A stretch of DNA of 64,000 bases from a virus (IMGVR_UViG_3300032069_000007:1-64000), one strand, 5' to 3'. Counted from the first letter of the stretch, positions 10,252-19,704 are shown. A program made the numbers and translations. The notes: a model not told the origin generated them from the sequence alone.

Positions 10252-10433
10252 AAGGCAACAGCATCGAGTTGGGTCTGACCAGGGCGATAATCCTACGGGG
10301 ACCAGGGAAGGGCCGGGTTGGGACTGTGCTGGACTTCTTTGGGCCGTCTCTGGTGTGGCTCAGGTTCGACGATGGGTGGGACACGCTAGTCTGGCTCAAC
10401 GCGATCGGGCCGGAGCCAGTCGGAGGAGTTTGA
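10248..10433 (+). CDS. small SH3/KOW-like hypothetical protein
   Basis: RBS gaggagg; GPGKGRVGTV motif. Confidence 0.5.
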   Translation: MKGNSIELGLTRAIILRGPGKGRVGTVLDFFGPSLVWLRFDDGWDTLVWLNAIGPEPVGGV

Positions 10434-10434
10434 A

Positions 10435-11028
10435 ATGCGAAAACTACTAACCGAAAGCGAACTGGCCGCGATCCAGGCGCGCCTTGACGCCTCCACCCCT
10501 GGACCGTGGGAGGCGGATTGGGAGGGGACAAACCATTTCGAGATAACGGCCCGTACCGCACATTCGCCGCGATACTGGATAGTCAACAACCTGGGGGAGG
10601 GATACGGTCCCGACTTCGATTTCATTGGCCACTGCCGCGAGGACGTACCCGCGCTACTCGCCGAGTTGCGCTACGAGCGCCGGAGACGGGAGGCGGCGGA
10701 GGAGGTACTGTACGACGGGTGCGCCGAGCTGCACATTTTTGAGCATCGGGCGGATTGTGGTTGCCCGGTGTGCCTATCCCGTGACGCCTGGCGCGCAATC
10801 GTGGAGGAGTGTGAGGACTCCTGGGGATTCCACAAGGAAATCACGTTGGTAGCGCAGAGTGACGGGGTATCCCACGAGGAGGCCACCAGGATCGTGCATG
10901 GGCGGGCACAGCGACTGGTGGAGGCGATATTTCCCGAACTGAAGGCCAAGGAGGAGCGGAGGCGGTGCGTCCTCTGTGGGAACACAAACTGCGCCGACCT
11001 GTACGAGGACGAGGAGTTAGGGCAGTGA
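10435..11028 (+). CDS. Ead/Ea22-like phage protein
   Basis: ASTPGPW...DFIGHCREDVPALLAEL pattern. Confidence 0.65.
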   Translation: MRKLLTESELAAIQARLDASTPGPWEADWEGTNHFEITARTAHSPRYWIVNNLGEGYGPDFDFIGHCREDVPALLAELRYERRRREAAEEVLYDGCAELHIFEHRADCGCPVCLSRDAWRAIVEECEDSWGFHKEITLVAQSDGVSHEEATRIVHGRAQRLVEAIFPELKAKEERRRCVLCGNTNCADLYEDEELGQ

Positions 11029-13313
11029 CGCCGTTCTATGCCGACGAGCCCGGGGCAGTTCGGCTCTACAACGCGGATTGCAGGGTTGCACTGGCCGAGC
11101 TGGAGGCGGAGTCGGTTCACTGTGCGTGTACCAGTCCACCTTATTTTGCTTTACGCTCGTACAAAGACGGCGACGAGCCGGTTGCGCCGGTGGTGTGGGG
11201 GGGCGATCCGGCATGTCACCACACCTGGGGGGAGCAGATTCCGGGCGATCCCCGCGGTGGTTCAGGGCCGAGTGCGAAGGAGCGCTACGGGGGCCAGGAC
11301 GGCGAGGAGATGTACGCGCGTAAGGTCGCACGCGGGTCGTTTTGCCGCCACTGCAACGCCTGGCTTGGCTGCCTCGGCCTTGAACCCACCGTTGACCTCT
11401 ACCTCGATCACCTTGTCGAGTGTTTCCAGGCGGTCAAGCGAGTGCTGAGAAGCGACGGAACCTGCTGGGTGGTGATTGGCTCCAGCCACGTTTCGTGCTA
11501 TAATGAATCAGATGAATACATCATTAGACCCGACATCACACCGCAGGAGAAGGCGGTCGCCCTCCGAGCGATTACTTGGGCCATCACACAGGCCGTGTCC
11601 CCAGTGCGGGAAGCGAATGAACCGGCAGAGCCAGATGTGCCGACAATGCTACCTCGTACAAATAGTCCGACCGCGGAACTATGTCCAGCGAACCTGCCGC
11701 AAGTGCGGGAGGGCATTCACGGTTCACAAGTGTCACGTGGAACGGGGACAGGCCAAGTATTGCAGCCGAGCCTGTGCCAGATCGGTGAGTACAAGGAAGA
11801 AACTCAGTCCGATGGTGGAGTGCCAAACCTGCGGCAAGCGCTTCAACAAGTTCAAGTCGGACATCAGGAAGAACCGGGGTACGAAGCACTTCTGCACGAC
11901 GGCCTGTTGGTACAGTTACAACCAGAGGGACAACCACTACTTGTGGACGGGCGGCGAGAACGAGAGGATGAACCCGGAGGCGGCGAGTTGGCGGAAGAAG
12001 GTGATGGACCGGGACAAGTGGCATTGCAGAGTGTGCTACGGAGGCAGGCAACTCGAAGCGCATCACATACACCCGTTCGGAACACACCGCGAACTCCGGT
12101 GGGAGGTGTCGAACGGGATAACGTTGTGCCATCGTTGCCACGTGCAATTTCGCCACGAGGAACTACAGCACGCCGAACTCCTGTCTTTCATAGCATCGGT
12201 CCCGCTAGTGGTCTGGAAGCCATAACAGTACCTCGCAACACCATCCCGCCCGATGTTCTGCATCTGTTCCAACCTCGCCATATCTGGAAGCCAAAGGATG
12301 ACGCCACCATCCCCTCCATGCTCGTCTCAGCACTCCGCGATGACGGCTGGATCGTGCGCTCGTTCATAATCTGGAGCAAGGGGCGCTCGTTCGACCCGGA
12401 CGGCGCGGGGTCGGTCATGCCGGAAAGTGTGGCCGGCTGGCGTTGGACGCGGCATAGGATCAAGGTCGGCAAGGAATGGCAGGACTGCCCCGGCTGTGCG
12501 AAGTGCGAACCGGAGGGCCTTGTGCTCCGCAAGGGTTCCTGGCGGCCCACTCACGCCTACGACGTGGTGCTCATGCTCGCCAAGACGGGGAGTTACTTTT
12601 CAGACGACGTCGCGGTGCGCGAGGCTGGCGTATTCCCGGCGGGCACACGGGCCGCGAAAGGATCGGCTTTGAGGGCTGGCGAGAATGGCATCAATGCGCG
12701 GCCCGACGAATACGCCACTTACTCCGGCACTCGCAATTTGAGAGATTGCTGGTATATCACGCCGCAGCCCAGGAAGGAAGCCCATTACGCGACATTCGCC
12801 GACAAGCTCGTGGAGACCATCATTAAGGCGGCAACTTCGGAGGCGGGGGTGTGCGCCAGGTGTGGTGCGCCCTGGGCGAGGCTCGTGCGACAGCATGTGC
12901 CGATACTAGCCAGGGATATACCGGCGGCGATCCGGCACAAGAACGAGGGTGCAGCCAGCGCACATAGCCCGACCTCTGCAATCCGCGTTTCACAGTCTGG
13001 AAACTGGTCACGGTGGAAAGCGGAGAACCCGAACGAAACGCTCGGCTGGCGTGCTACCTGCACGTGCGACGCCGGCGAACCTGTCCCCGCAACTGTCCTC
13101 GACCCCTTCTGCGGCATTGGCACGACGCTGCTCGTGGCCCGCGAACTCGGCAGGCACGCGGTCGGGGTCGAAATCTCGCAAGGTTATTGCCAGATCGCGG
13201 CGGCGAAGTTGGCCGGCCAGGCGGAGGAGTTCAAACGTCGCGCAGAGGAAGAAGCCCGCCGCGAGCGTGACCGGAACCTGGAGTTGAGATTAGAGTTGGA
13301 GAGAACGCGATGA
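11025..13313 (+). CDS. N6/N4 DNA methyltransferase (beta class) with large in-frame insertion
   Basis: TSPPY, VLRSDG.CW, KPKD...IP, IIWSK, MPES, HYATF, VLDPFCGIGTT; GTG start 11025 overlaps upstream stop. Confidence 0.88.
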   Translation: MTPFYADEPGAVRLYNADCRVALAELEAESVHCACTSPPYFALRSYKDGDEPVAPVVWGGDPACHHTWGEQIPGDPRGGSGPSAKERYGGQDGEEMYARKVARGSFCRHCNAWLGCLGLEPTVDLYLDHLVECFQAVKRVLRSDGTCWVVIGSSHVSCYNESDEYIIRPDITPQEKAVALRAITWAITQAVSPVREANEPAEPDVPTMLPRTNSPTAELCPANLPQVREGIHGSQVSRGTGTGQVLQPSLCQIGEYKEETQSDGGVPNLRQALQQVQVGHQEEPGYEALLHDGLLVQLQPEGQPLLVDGRREREDEPGGGELAEEGDGPGQVALQSVLRRQATRSASHTPVRNTPRTPVGGVERDNVVPSLPRAISPRGTTARRTPVFHSIGPASGLEAITVPRNTIPPDVLHLFQPRHIWKPKDDATIPSMLVSALRDDGWIVRSFIIWSKGRSFDPDGAGSVMPESVAGWRWTRHRIKVGKEWQDCPGCAKCEPEGLVLRKGSWRPTHAYDVVLMLAKTGSYFSDDVAVREAGVFPAGTRAAKGSALRAGENGINARPDEYATYSGTRNLRDCWYITPQPRKEAHYATFADKLVETIIKAATSEAGVCARCGAPWARLVRQHVPILARDIPAAIRHKNEGAASAHSPTSAIRVSQSGNWSRWKAENPNETLGWRATCTCDAGEPVPATVLDPFCGIGTTLLVARELGRHAVGVEISQGYCQIAAAKLAGQAEEFKRRAEEEARRERDRNLELRLELERTR
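11476..11504 (+). promoter_or_regulatory. internal sigma70-type promoter for nested HNH gene
   Basis: TTGGCT-17bp-TATAAT with TG extension (TGcTATAAT); ATG at 11512, 7 nt after the -10. Confidence 0.7.
11512..12225 (+). CDS. HNH endonuclease with Zn-ribbon repeats, nested in +1 frame inside the methyltransferase
   Basis: CPQCG, CRKCG..F...YCSRAC, CQTCG...FCTTAC, W.GG, WRKKV.DRD..C..C, LEAHHI, SNGITLCHRCH. Confidence 0.88.
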   Translation: MNTSLDPTSHRRRRRSPSERLLGPSHRPCPQCGKRMNRQSQMCRQCYLVQIVRPRNYVQRTCRKCGRAFTVHKCHVERGQAKYCSRACARSVSTRKKLSPMVECQTCGKRFNKFKSDIRKNRGTKHFCTTACWYSYNQRDNHYLWTGGENERMNPEAASWRKKVMDRDKWHCRVCYGGRQLEAHHIHPFGTHRELRWEVSNGITLCHRCHVQFRHEELQHAELLSFIASVPLVVWKP

Positions 13314-13792
13314 CTCGCAGATATGCAGCAGGCACCGACGTTTCGGTCGAGAAGAGTAAGGCCGAGGCCGACAGGATTGTGAGAGCACATGGCGCGTCCA
13401 AGGTCGGCGTAATGACGGATGGGAACGGCGGAGTGCTGCTCTTCGAGGTTGATGGCCAGGCGTACAAGTTCGAGGTCGCCAACCCCGACCCGCGCGATCG
13501 GGCGATTCGGGAGAACAAGGCCGGGTATGTGCTGCCCCAAGGGCAGATCACAGCACGGTATGAGGCCGAACTGCGCCGGCGCTGGCGAGTGCTCATTATT
13601 GCGCTCAAGGTTAAGTTCGAGATCGTCGAGTCTGGGGCGGCTACTATTGAGCGCGAGTTCCTGCCTTACGCGATGCTCCCCGGGGGGACTGTCGGAGAAC
13701 TCTTGGAGCCGGAGCTCGCGAGGGCGAGAGAATCGGGGGAGCGCCCCAATATATTCCAGACACTGAGAATGCTTCCGCCGAGGAGCGAGTGA
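13310..13792 (+). CDS. conserved-looking hypothetical phage protein
   Basis: YA.GT.VSVEKS...RRWR.L...KVK.E.VE.G...EREFLP pattern; ATGA coupling. Confidence 0.65.
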   Translation: MTRRYAAGTDVSVEKSKAEADRIVRAHGASKVGVMTDGNGGVLLFEVDGQAYKFEVANPDPRDRAIRENKAGYVLPQGQITARYEAELRRRWRVLIIALKVKFEIVESGAATIEREFLPYAMLPGGTVGELLEPELARARESGERPNIFQTLRMLPPRSE

Positions 13793-14145
13793 TGAGATCC
13801 GGAAATGTGGGAATTTCGGAATTTGGGGATTTGCGCTTCCGGCGTGGTCGAGACGGCACCCAAGAGGCCGATCTGATGGAGACCCTGCACTTGATTATCG
13901 GCAAGATGGAGCAAATGCACAAGGACGGCCTCCCCCGGCAGGCCGACAACCTGCCGGAGTCCTCAGCGCTCTGCTTCTTGGCCTTGCGGCGGCTAACTCA
14001 CGAACCGCTTGACCCGGCGCAAGCGCCGAAGCAACTGAGGCTTGTGTTGTTCCCGGACGGCAAGATGGAGTTTCAGGCACACGGCCTCCGGATCCCGATT
14101 ACCAAGCGCCTGGTCGAAAGAGCGTTCTCGAAGGAGACCCATTGA
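13789..14145 (+). CDS. hypothetical protein
   Basis: Translationally coupled ORF. Confidence 0.5.
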   Translation: MMRSGNVGISEFGDLRFRRGRDGTQEADLMETLHLIIGKMEQMHKDGLPRQADNLPESSALCFLALRRLTHEPLDPAQAPKQLRLVLFPDGKMEFQAHGLRIPITKRLVERAFSKETH

Positions 14146-14438
14146 GACCACCACAGAGCGGCATATACCCAGTAATCGTGATATTCCTCAACCGGGAGGA
14201 GCGTGATCGGCTGATCGCCGCTATGGTTCAATGGCCGAACGTCCCGACCCGCGTGCTCACCTTCCGGGAGCCGCACCACGGCCAGGTGCAATTCATCCTC
14301 TTGGAACCGGAGACCTGCAGCGGGACGGAAGGGACCAAGGTGGATCCTACGATCATCGGTCAAATCGGCGATGGGCCGCAGGAGAACCACGGGCACACCG
14401 ACGAGCCGGACGGCGGGGGAAAGAGTGATGCCGACTAA
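14142..14438 (+). CDS. hypothetical protein
   Basis: RBS aaggag; coupled ORF. Confidence 0.5.
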   Translation: MRPPQSGIYPVIVIFLNREERDRLIAAMVQWPNVPTRVLTFREPHHGQVQFILLEPETCSGTEGTKVDPTIIGQIGDGPQENHGHTDEPDGGGKSDAD

Positions 14439-15081
14439 GCGAACCCTACAGCCCGGTGACACCTTGTTTGTCTTAGGGATAGACCCCGGCAGCGACCTCG
14501 GGGCAGTGCTTCTCCGCGTCAGCTACGGCCTCTCCACAGAGCTCAGCCTTTTCGGGCCGTCTGGCGCTGTCAGCGTGGAGCGGGAGGAGATCCTCTGGCG
14601 AACAACAGTGCAGCGCAAGAGTCTGACGATGGCTCCCTTTCTGGCCCAACTGATTGCGGTCCTTGACCGGCATGGTGGCGCTGTGGCGACTGATCGGGTT
14701 GATATAGTGGCTTGCGAGCAGGCCCACCTGAGACGCTTCCGAACTAAGACAGGATCGGTGCCGAGCGTCGTGCCATTTGCGGCACTGAACCAAATCATCG
14801 GGGCTGTGATGGCCGTCGCCGCCCGGTGGCGCGCGGACTTTCGGCTTGTCCCACCAGCCACCTGGCGGCAAACTCTAACCGGCGCCGGCAACCCAACGCC
14901 CCGAAGGGTCGAGCTCGCCGTAGCCTCGCAGTTTCCCGGGATCCCAAAGCTCACAGAGCACGAGGTATCGGCCCTGGGCGTTGCGCTCCACGTGGCCCGG
15001 GTCGACGTCACTGGGCGGAAGATAGAGGCGCGGAGCAGGCGGCCGTCGCCCAGAAAACGGGCAAGTCAGGTGGCAACATGA
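14428..15081 (+). CDS. RuvC-like Holliday junction resolvase
   Basis: VLGIDPG, VACEQ, VPPATWRQ.LTG.G, HE..ALGVA. Confidence 0.78.
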   Translation: MPTKRTLQPGDTLFVLGIDPGSDLGAVLLRVSYGLSTELSLFGPSGAVSVEREEILWRTTVQRKSLTMAPFLAQLIAVLDRHGGAVATDRVDIVACEQAHLRRFRTKTGSVPSVVPFAALNQIIGAVMAVAARWRADFRLVPPATWRQTLTGAGNPTPRRVELAVASQFPGIPKLTEHEVSALGVALHVARVDVTGRKIEARSRRPSPRKRASQVAT

Positions 15082-15254
15082 GAAACGACGGCGACCTTCC
15101 TGTGCCTGCTCCCTTGATCGCCCGCTGGAACGCGCAATTTCGGACGCTCAACGACTGGAACATTCAGTACCTCGACAAGTCAGGTGCATCTGAAAGCGAG
15201 ATGCGGGAAACCCGCCGGAATCTTAGGCGACGCTCGTAAGTTTCTCAAGGATTG

Positions 15255-15283
15255 TTGCTAATTCCGCCGCTTGAGTGTATACT
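15255..15283 (+). promoter_or_regulatory. sigma70-type promoter upstream of ParB/terminase block
   Basis: TTGCTA-17bp-TATACT in AT-richer intergenic gap. Confidence 0.6.
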
Positions 15284-15316
15284 TGAGGTTGTAAGACGAA
15301 GGAGCGTGACGATGCG

Positions 15317-15865
15317 GTGGAAGACCTTATTCTCGCAAGCGGCATACCAGTCAACTGCGCCCACACCCGCATTGTTGCCACTGATAGCCTGAAGCCCCAT
15401 CCGAAGAACCCCTACATACACCCGGATGAGCAGGTCAGACTCATCGCTGTAAGCATCGTGCGCTCAGGCTGGAACGACCACATCGACGTCAGCGCGCGAT
15501 CCGGCACAATCGTAGCCGGAGAAGGCCGGTGGTTAGCCGCTAAAGGCGCTGGCCTCACCGAAGTCCCCATCGATGAGATGCGGTTCGCGACTGAAGATGA
15601 AGAATTGGTGTGGCTGATCGGCCACAATCGCACTGCTGAAATCAAGAAGACTGACTTCAACGCCCTCAAAGACCTACTCGTGGATCTCGACCGTGGTGAG
15701 ATCGATATGGACGTCACGGGCTACTCCGAAGCAGATCTCCACAACCTTCTCGCCATCGTCCCAGAGGCGCCCCATCCGGCGGAGCCGGAAGGCAAGGTCC
15801 GCACCGCAACTTGTCCCGGGTGTGGGCTGACGTTCGATCTGGACGCGCCCGCTGCGGCACTTTAG
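15317..15865 (+). CDS. ParB/Srx N-terminal domain protein
   Basis: LKPHPKNP..H, SI...GW, IVAGEGRWLAA, C-terminal CPGCG; common upstream of terS. Confidence 0.8.
   Translation: MEDLILASGIPVNCAHTRIVATDSLKPHPKNPYIHPDEQVRLIAVSIVRSGWNDHIDVSARSGTIVAGEGRWLAAKGAGLTEVPIDEMRFATEDEELVWLIGHNRTAEIKKTDFNALKDLLVDLDRGEIDMDVTGYSEADLHNLLAIVPEAPHPAEPEGKVRTATCPGCGLTFDLDAPAAAL
15853..15865 (+). promoter_or_regulatory. conserved motif TGCGGCACTTTAR copy 1
   Basis: Five copies, each before a late gene block. Confidence 0.65.
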
Positions 15866-15881
15866 CGATGGAGGCGGAGCC

Positions 15882-16271
15882 GTGCAAAAGCAACCCGCAT
15901 TTAGTGAACTGCTGCCGGAAATAAGGCGTAGGGTCTTCGAGATCGCAAAGAATTCTTGCACTTTCGGAAGAATTGCGGCCCAATTCCCAGGGGGGGAAGG
16001 CGCTACAGTCGAAATGACGAGCGGAACCTATCGTATGCCAGAGCTGGAGCACCTAGCACAGCGTTTCGACTCTGGTCTACTTGATCCCATAGAGGACCAG
16101 CTCGACGACTTGCGGCCCTATCTCATCTGGTTGGCCGCGCATCTGAATCCGCCGCTTATCGTTGGGGTGCTGGAGATTTCCATTGCCCACGGGGCAATGG
16201 CGAGCCTTGATGTTCACTATGGCCCCCAGTGCCGGAAGGGGCGGATTGAGCGATGCGACAAAGCGACTTAG
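15882..16271 (+). CDS. hypothetical protein
   Basis: RBS ggagg; ORF between ParB-like gene and terS. Confidence 0.55.
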   Translation: MQKQPAFSELLPEIRRRVFEIAKNSCTFGRIAAQFPGGEGATVEMTSGTYRMPELEHLAQRFDSGLLDPIEDQLDDLRPYLIWLAAHLNPPLIVGVLEISIAHGAMASLDVHYGPQCRKGRIERCDKAT

Positions 16272-16927
16272 CGATCTACGACAGGCTGCTGGACGAAACC
16301 TCGCGGGCGTTCCATGCTTTCTCGATCTACCGGGACGGTGGTCCGCGCCGCACCCTCAAGGCCGTGGATGAGGCGTTACGACCAAGTAGGCCACAAAGAG
16401 GCCATAAGGAGGCCACGGTTTCCGGTGTTGTTAAACGATGGAGTGCCAAGTACTGTTGGGTGGACCGCGCCAGGGCCTACGACAACCACGTAGACCAGGA
16501 GCGGAGAAGAATTCGCGAAGAACAGATACGCCAGACCGAAGAAGCGCACTTCAAGATCGGCGAAAAGGCGCTCGAGAAAGCAGGGCGGTCGCTCGACGTC
16601 TACCAGCCAGCGACCGTTACGCTTCAACAGGAGTCCGATGAGGAAGGTAGGATTCAGCTCGTCCGCGTGGTGCGGGCCAAGATCACTGCGCAGGGCATAG
16701 CGGCACTGATGAGGGCGGGAGTCGAAATCCAGCGGCTGGCCCTGGGTCTCGCTACGGGCAGGGAACATGATAGAGACGAGTATGTCGAGCAGTTTGCTGG
16801 ACAGCTTCAAAGACTTGCCAGCAAGCACGAAACTCCGAGTCCTCGCCCTCGCAGCAGCTCAGCCGACCCCGGCGCCGACCCCGGTCCCGACGTTGACGGA
16901 GTGGACGCTCGCGCACCGGCTGATTAG
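16253..16927 (+). CDS. terminase small subunit (putative)
   Basis: ET..AF.AF..YRD.GP.R.L and WS.KY.WV.RA.AYD HTH pattern; precedes terL. Confidence 0.75.
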   Translation: MRQSDLAIYDRLLDETSRAFHAFSIYRDGGPRRTLKAVDEALRPSRPQRGHKEATVSGVVKRWSAKYCWVDRARAYDNHVDQERRRIREEQIRQTEEAHFKIGEKALEKAGRSLDVYQPATVTLQQESDEEGRIQLVRVVRAKITAQGIAALMRAGVEIQRLALGLATGREHDRDEYVEQFAGQLQRLASKHETPSPRPRSSSADPGADPGPDVDGVDARAPAD

Positions 16928-18542
16928 GGGCAGCGTCTTCTCATTCGACGGACACGAATACCTCCGCGAGATTTACAGCGCACTCGACGGCTGGTACGAA
17001 GACACCGACGTCGTGATCGAGAAGGCTGCTCAGATGGGCGCCTCTGAATGGGCCATATCTGCGGCCTTCTGGTTCGCCGACGTGGTTCCGGGAACGCGCG
17101 TCATCTACTGGTTCCCTACGGACACCGACGTGGCTGACTTCTCGCGTGACCGGATCACGGCCGCTATTGCCGACAGCGAGCACCTACAGGAGATCGTGGG
17201 CGGCGGTCGTGCGATAGCCGAGGCCGCCAAACGTAGCCGCACCACGGGACCAGACGTCGACAATGTACACCTCAAGAGCGTCCGGTCGTCCCTGATCTAC
17301 TTCCGAGGGATGTTTGCCAAGAGGCGCGCAAAGAGCATCCCGGCGGACTTCCTGATCTTCGACGAGCTTGACGAGGCGCCGCCAAACAACCTGGCTCAGG
17401 CGCGGGAGAGAATGTCGCACAGCCCGTGGAAGTGGGTGGTCTCGCTGTCCACCCCTTCCCTGCCGGACTTTGGCATCGACGTGAGCTGGCGGCAGTCCGA
17501 CCAGCGCTTCCTACACCTGGAGTGCGGTTGCCGGGAGGGGACAGTCCTCGAGGATAACTTTCCGGAGTGCATCGGGCTGAGCGGCGACGGGCAGGACGTC
17601 TGGCTGCGCTGCCCCAAGTGCGGCAAGGAGCGGCTCGACCCGTGCTGGCTTGCGACCGTCGGCGAGTATGTTGGCTGGATCCCGCGCTATCCGGAGAAGA
17701 AGGCAAAGCGCGGTTACCACCTCTCGCAGCTTTTCTCGACGGCCATCTCTACCCGCGCGGTGTGGACCGAGTTCACCAGCCCCAAGGTCGACATCGCCGA
17801 GTTTCACAACTCGAAGCTCGGACTTCCCTATGCCGGCGACCGCGTTCCACTCACGCGCGAGCTGCTCGCACAATGCCACGGCGACTGGCCGCTTGCCGCG
17901 GTCGGGCAAGACGTCTGCATCGGCATAGACCAGGGAGATCAACTTCATATCGTCGTGACGAAGCCCGACTTCAATACCGGTCTCGTACGCGTCCTCAACG
18001 CGCGTATCATAGAAGAACGCGACCCCTGGCCAGAGGCGTACCGGCTGATCGACAGCTACGTCAACGCCACGATCGTCATCGACGCGCTGCCGAACAAGGC
18101 AGACGCGCGCCGGCTGGTTGACCGGTACAAGGGCCGCGCTTGGATGTGCTACTACTCCGACCAGCAAAAAGATGTCATCAGCCAGGACTCTGACGAAACG
18201 GATCCCGATCGCGGCTGCAAGGTCACGGCGCACAGAACCGAGACGCTCGACCGCGTTGTGGACGCCTTCAAGCGGACTGCCGCCGGCCTCAAGACGGGCA
18301 TTGTCCTGCCGCACGCCTCAGTCCCGATCAACAAGCCGATCTACGATCACCTGTGCGCCCTCGCCAAGATCAAGCGCCCCAAGGTCATCAGCATCGGCGG
18401 CACAACCCGCGAGACAGGCGAATACACCTACGTCTATATCGAAACCGGCCCCGACCATTTCGCCCACGCCATAAATTATAGTTGCGTGGCCCAAGCTCTG
18501 TACAGGCGACCCGACACCATCGAGTTCTGGGGTGCAGACTGA
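16782..18542 (+). CDS. terL: terminase large subunit (lambda gpA-like ATPase + nuclease)
   Basis: EKAAQMGASE, LIFDELDE, LSTPSLP, SDQR, CPKCG, GYHLSQL, IGIDQG, DHFAHA; start 16767/16782 uncertain. Confidence 0.92.
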   Translation: MSSSLLDSFKDLPASTKLRVLALAAAQPTPAPTPVPTLTEWTLAHRLIRGSVFSFDGHEYLREIYSALDGWYEDTDVVIEKAAQMGASEWAISAAFWFADVVPGTRVIYWFPTDTDVADFSRDRITAAIADSEHLQEIVGGGRAIAEAAKRSRTTGPDVDNVHLKSVRSSLIYFRGMFAKRRAKSIPADFLIFDELDEAPPNNLAQARERMSHSPWKWVVSLSTPSLPDFGIDVSWRQSDQRFLHLECGCREGTVLEDNFPECIGLSGDGQDVWLRCPKCGKERLDPCWLATVGEYVGWIPRYPEKKAKRGYHLSQLFSTAISTRAVWTEFTSPKVDIAEFHNSKLGLPYAGDRVPLTRELLAQCHGDWPLAAVGQDVCIGIDQGDQLHIVVTKPDFNTGLVRVLNARIIEERDPWPEAYRLIDSYVNATIVIDALPNKADARRLVDRYKGRAWMCYYSDQQKDVISQDSDETDPDRGCKVTAHRTETLDRVVDAFKRTAAGLKTGIVLPHASVPINKPIYDHLCALAKIKRPKVISIGGTTRETGEYTYVYIETGPDHFAHAINYSCVAQALYRRPDTIEFWGAD

Positions 18543-18559
18543 ATCTCGGACTCCGGGCC

Positions 18560-18589
18560 TTGACACATCGGCCTACGCCGTGATAAAGT
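18560..18589 (+). promoter_or_regulatory. promoter of free-standing HNH gene (leaderless)
   Basis: TTGACA-18bp-TAAAGT with TG extension; ATG 6 nt later, no SD. Confidence 0.65.
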
Positions 18590-18595
18590 ATTGGT

Positions 18596-19261
18596 ATGAC
18601 AGTCGAGAGCATTGTATTCAATGGCATAACATTCAGGCGATACCCAAACTCAAGCAAAAGAACGGACAGGGTATACTACTGTCCTGGGTCGGGTGAGAGA
18701 GCACGAGGCGTTCAGCGCCTGCACGAAGAGATCTGGAAGGCCCATAACGGTCCGATTCCGCAAGGATGCCATATCCACCACACGGACGGCAATCCGCTGA
18801 ACAATGAGTTGGCAAACTTGGCGTGCATCCCGGCAACACAACATCGAGAATTGCACTTAAAGGCGCTGAGTGCGCGTAGTCGCTCCCCAGAGAACGTGGC
18901 TTTCTTGAAGCGGATTCAGCCACTAAGTGCGGCTTGGCACAGGACGTCTGAAGGTCAGGCATGGCACAAGGAGAACGGCAAGCGAGCCTGGGCGCGGCGA
19001 CAACCTGTATCGAGGGTTTGCGACTATTGCGGCAAGACCTACATGTCGCTTGCGAGGCGTAAGTCCGACCGGTTCTGCTCGAAACGCTGCCTTTCCGCGG
19101 AGCGCCGTCAGGCTGGGATTGACAATGAATCTAGGATGTGCGCCAACTGCGGACTGCCTTTCCTGGCGAACAAATACAAAAGGACGCGGACGTGTTCCCG
19201 CACTTGCGCTTGGGTCCTTCGCCGCCTGAACGGTAAAACCGTTTCCCCCACCTCCTCATGA
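18596..19261 (+). CDS. free-standing HNH homing endonuclease with C-terminal Zn ribbons
   Basis: LHEEIW...GPIP.G.HIHH.DGNPLNN...NL; CDYCG...FCSKRC; CANCG...TCSRTC. Confidence 0.88.
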   Translation: MTVESIVFNGITFRRYPNSSKRTDRVYYCPGSGERARGVQRLHEEIWKAHNGPIPQGCHIHHTDGNPLNNELANLACIPATQHRELHLKALSARSRSPENVAFLKRIQPLSAAWHRTSEGQAWHKENGKRAWARRQPVSRVCDYCGKTYMSLARRKSDRFCSKRCLSAERRQAGIDNESRMCANCGLPFLANKYKRTRTCSRTCAWVLRRLNGKTVSPTSS

Positions 19262-19277
19262 TCCGCCTCTGACCCCC

Positions 19278-19299
19278 TGCGGCACTTTAGCAGTGTAAG
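19278..19299 (+). promoter_or_regulatory. conserved motif copy 2 (TGCGGCACTTTAGCAGTGTAAG)
   Basis: 22-nt identity with copy at 23505. Confidence 0.7.
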
Positions 19300-19320
19300 C
19301 TAACTCTTTGGAGGATACAA

Positions 19321-19695
19321 GTGCAACGAGTAACCGGAGCCGGCCTGCGGCGAGCTGCGGCGAGCCGAGTGGTTTCCTTTGCTAGTGTCGTGACTGCCAC
19401 CTTCCAGGTGCCAGCGGGATGCAACCATATCTCCCTCCAGCCCCAACTCCTCTCCAACGGCACTGCGCGCGTGCTCTACTCGCCCTCGTCGAGCGCGCCA
19501 ACGGCGACTGCGAACGACGGCGCTATGGCGCATGAGGAGCTTTGGTCGGATAGCGTGACGCCCGGTCAGTTTGTCACCCTTCGGCTTGTCAAGGCCGCTG
19601 ATTATACCGATCAGACGGGCGGCGCCGCCGACCAGACCGTGGTCGGATTCTACAGCGACCTGGCCGGCCGCAGCACCGGCGCGCCGAGCCCGTAG
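19321..19695 (+). CDS. putative small virion protein (beta-rich)
   Basis: RBS ggagg; first gene after motif. Confidence 0.55.
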   Translation: MQRVTGAGLRRAAASRVVSFASVVTATFQVPAGCNHISLQPQLLSNGTARVLYSPSSSAPTATANDGAMAHEELWSDSVTPGQFVTLRLVKAADYTDQTGGAADQTVVGFYSDLAGRSTGAPSP

Positions 19696-19704
19696 GAGCC
19701 CAAG

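Noticed and set aside
11482-12285. Intein in the methyltransferase
   Set aside because: No N-terminal Cys/Ser block A, no TxxH, no terminal HN followed by C/S/T
15078-15239. Short ORF MRNDGDLP..., possibly a truncated gene
   Set aside because: Too short to assign; no supporting motif beyond a weak W..F..L.DW.I pattern
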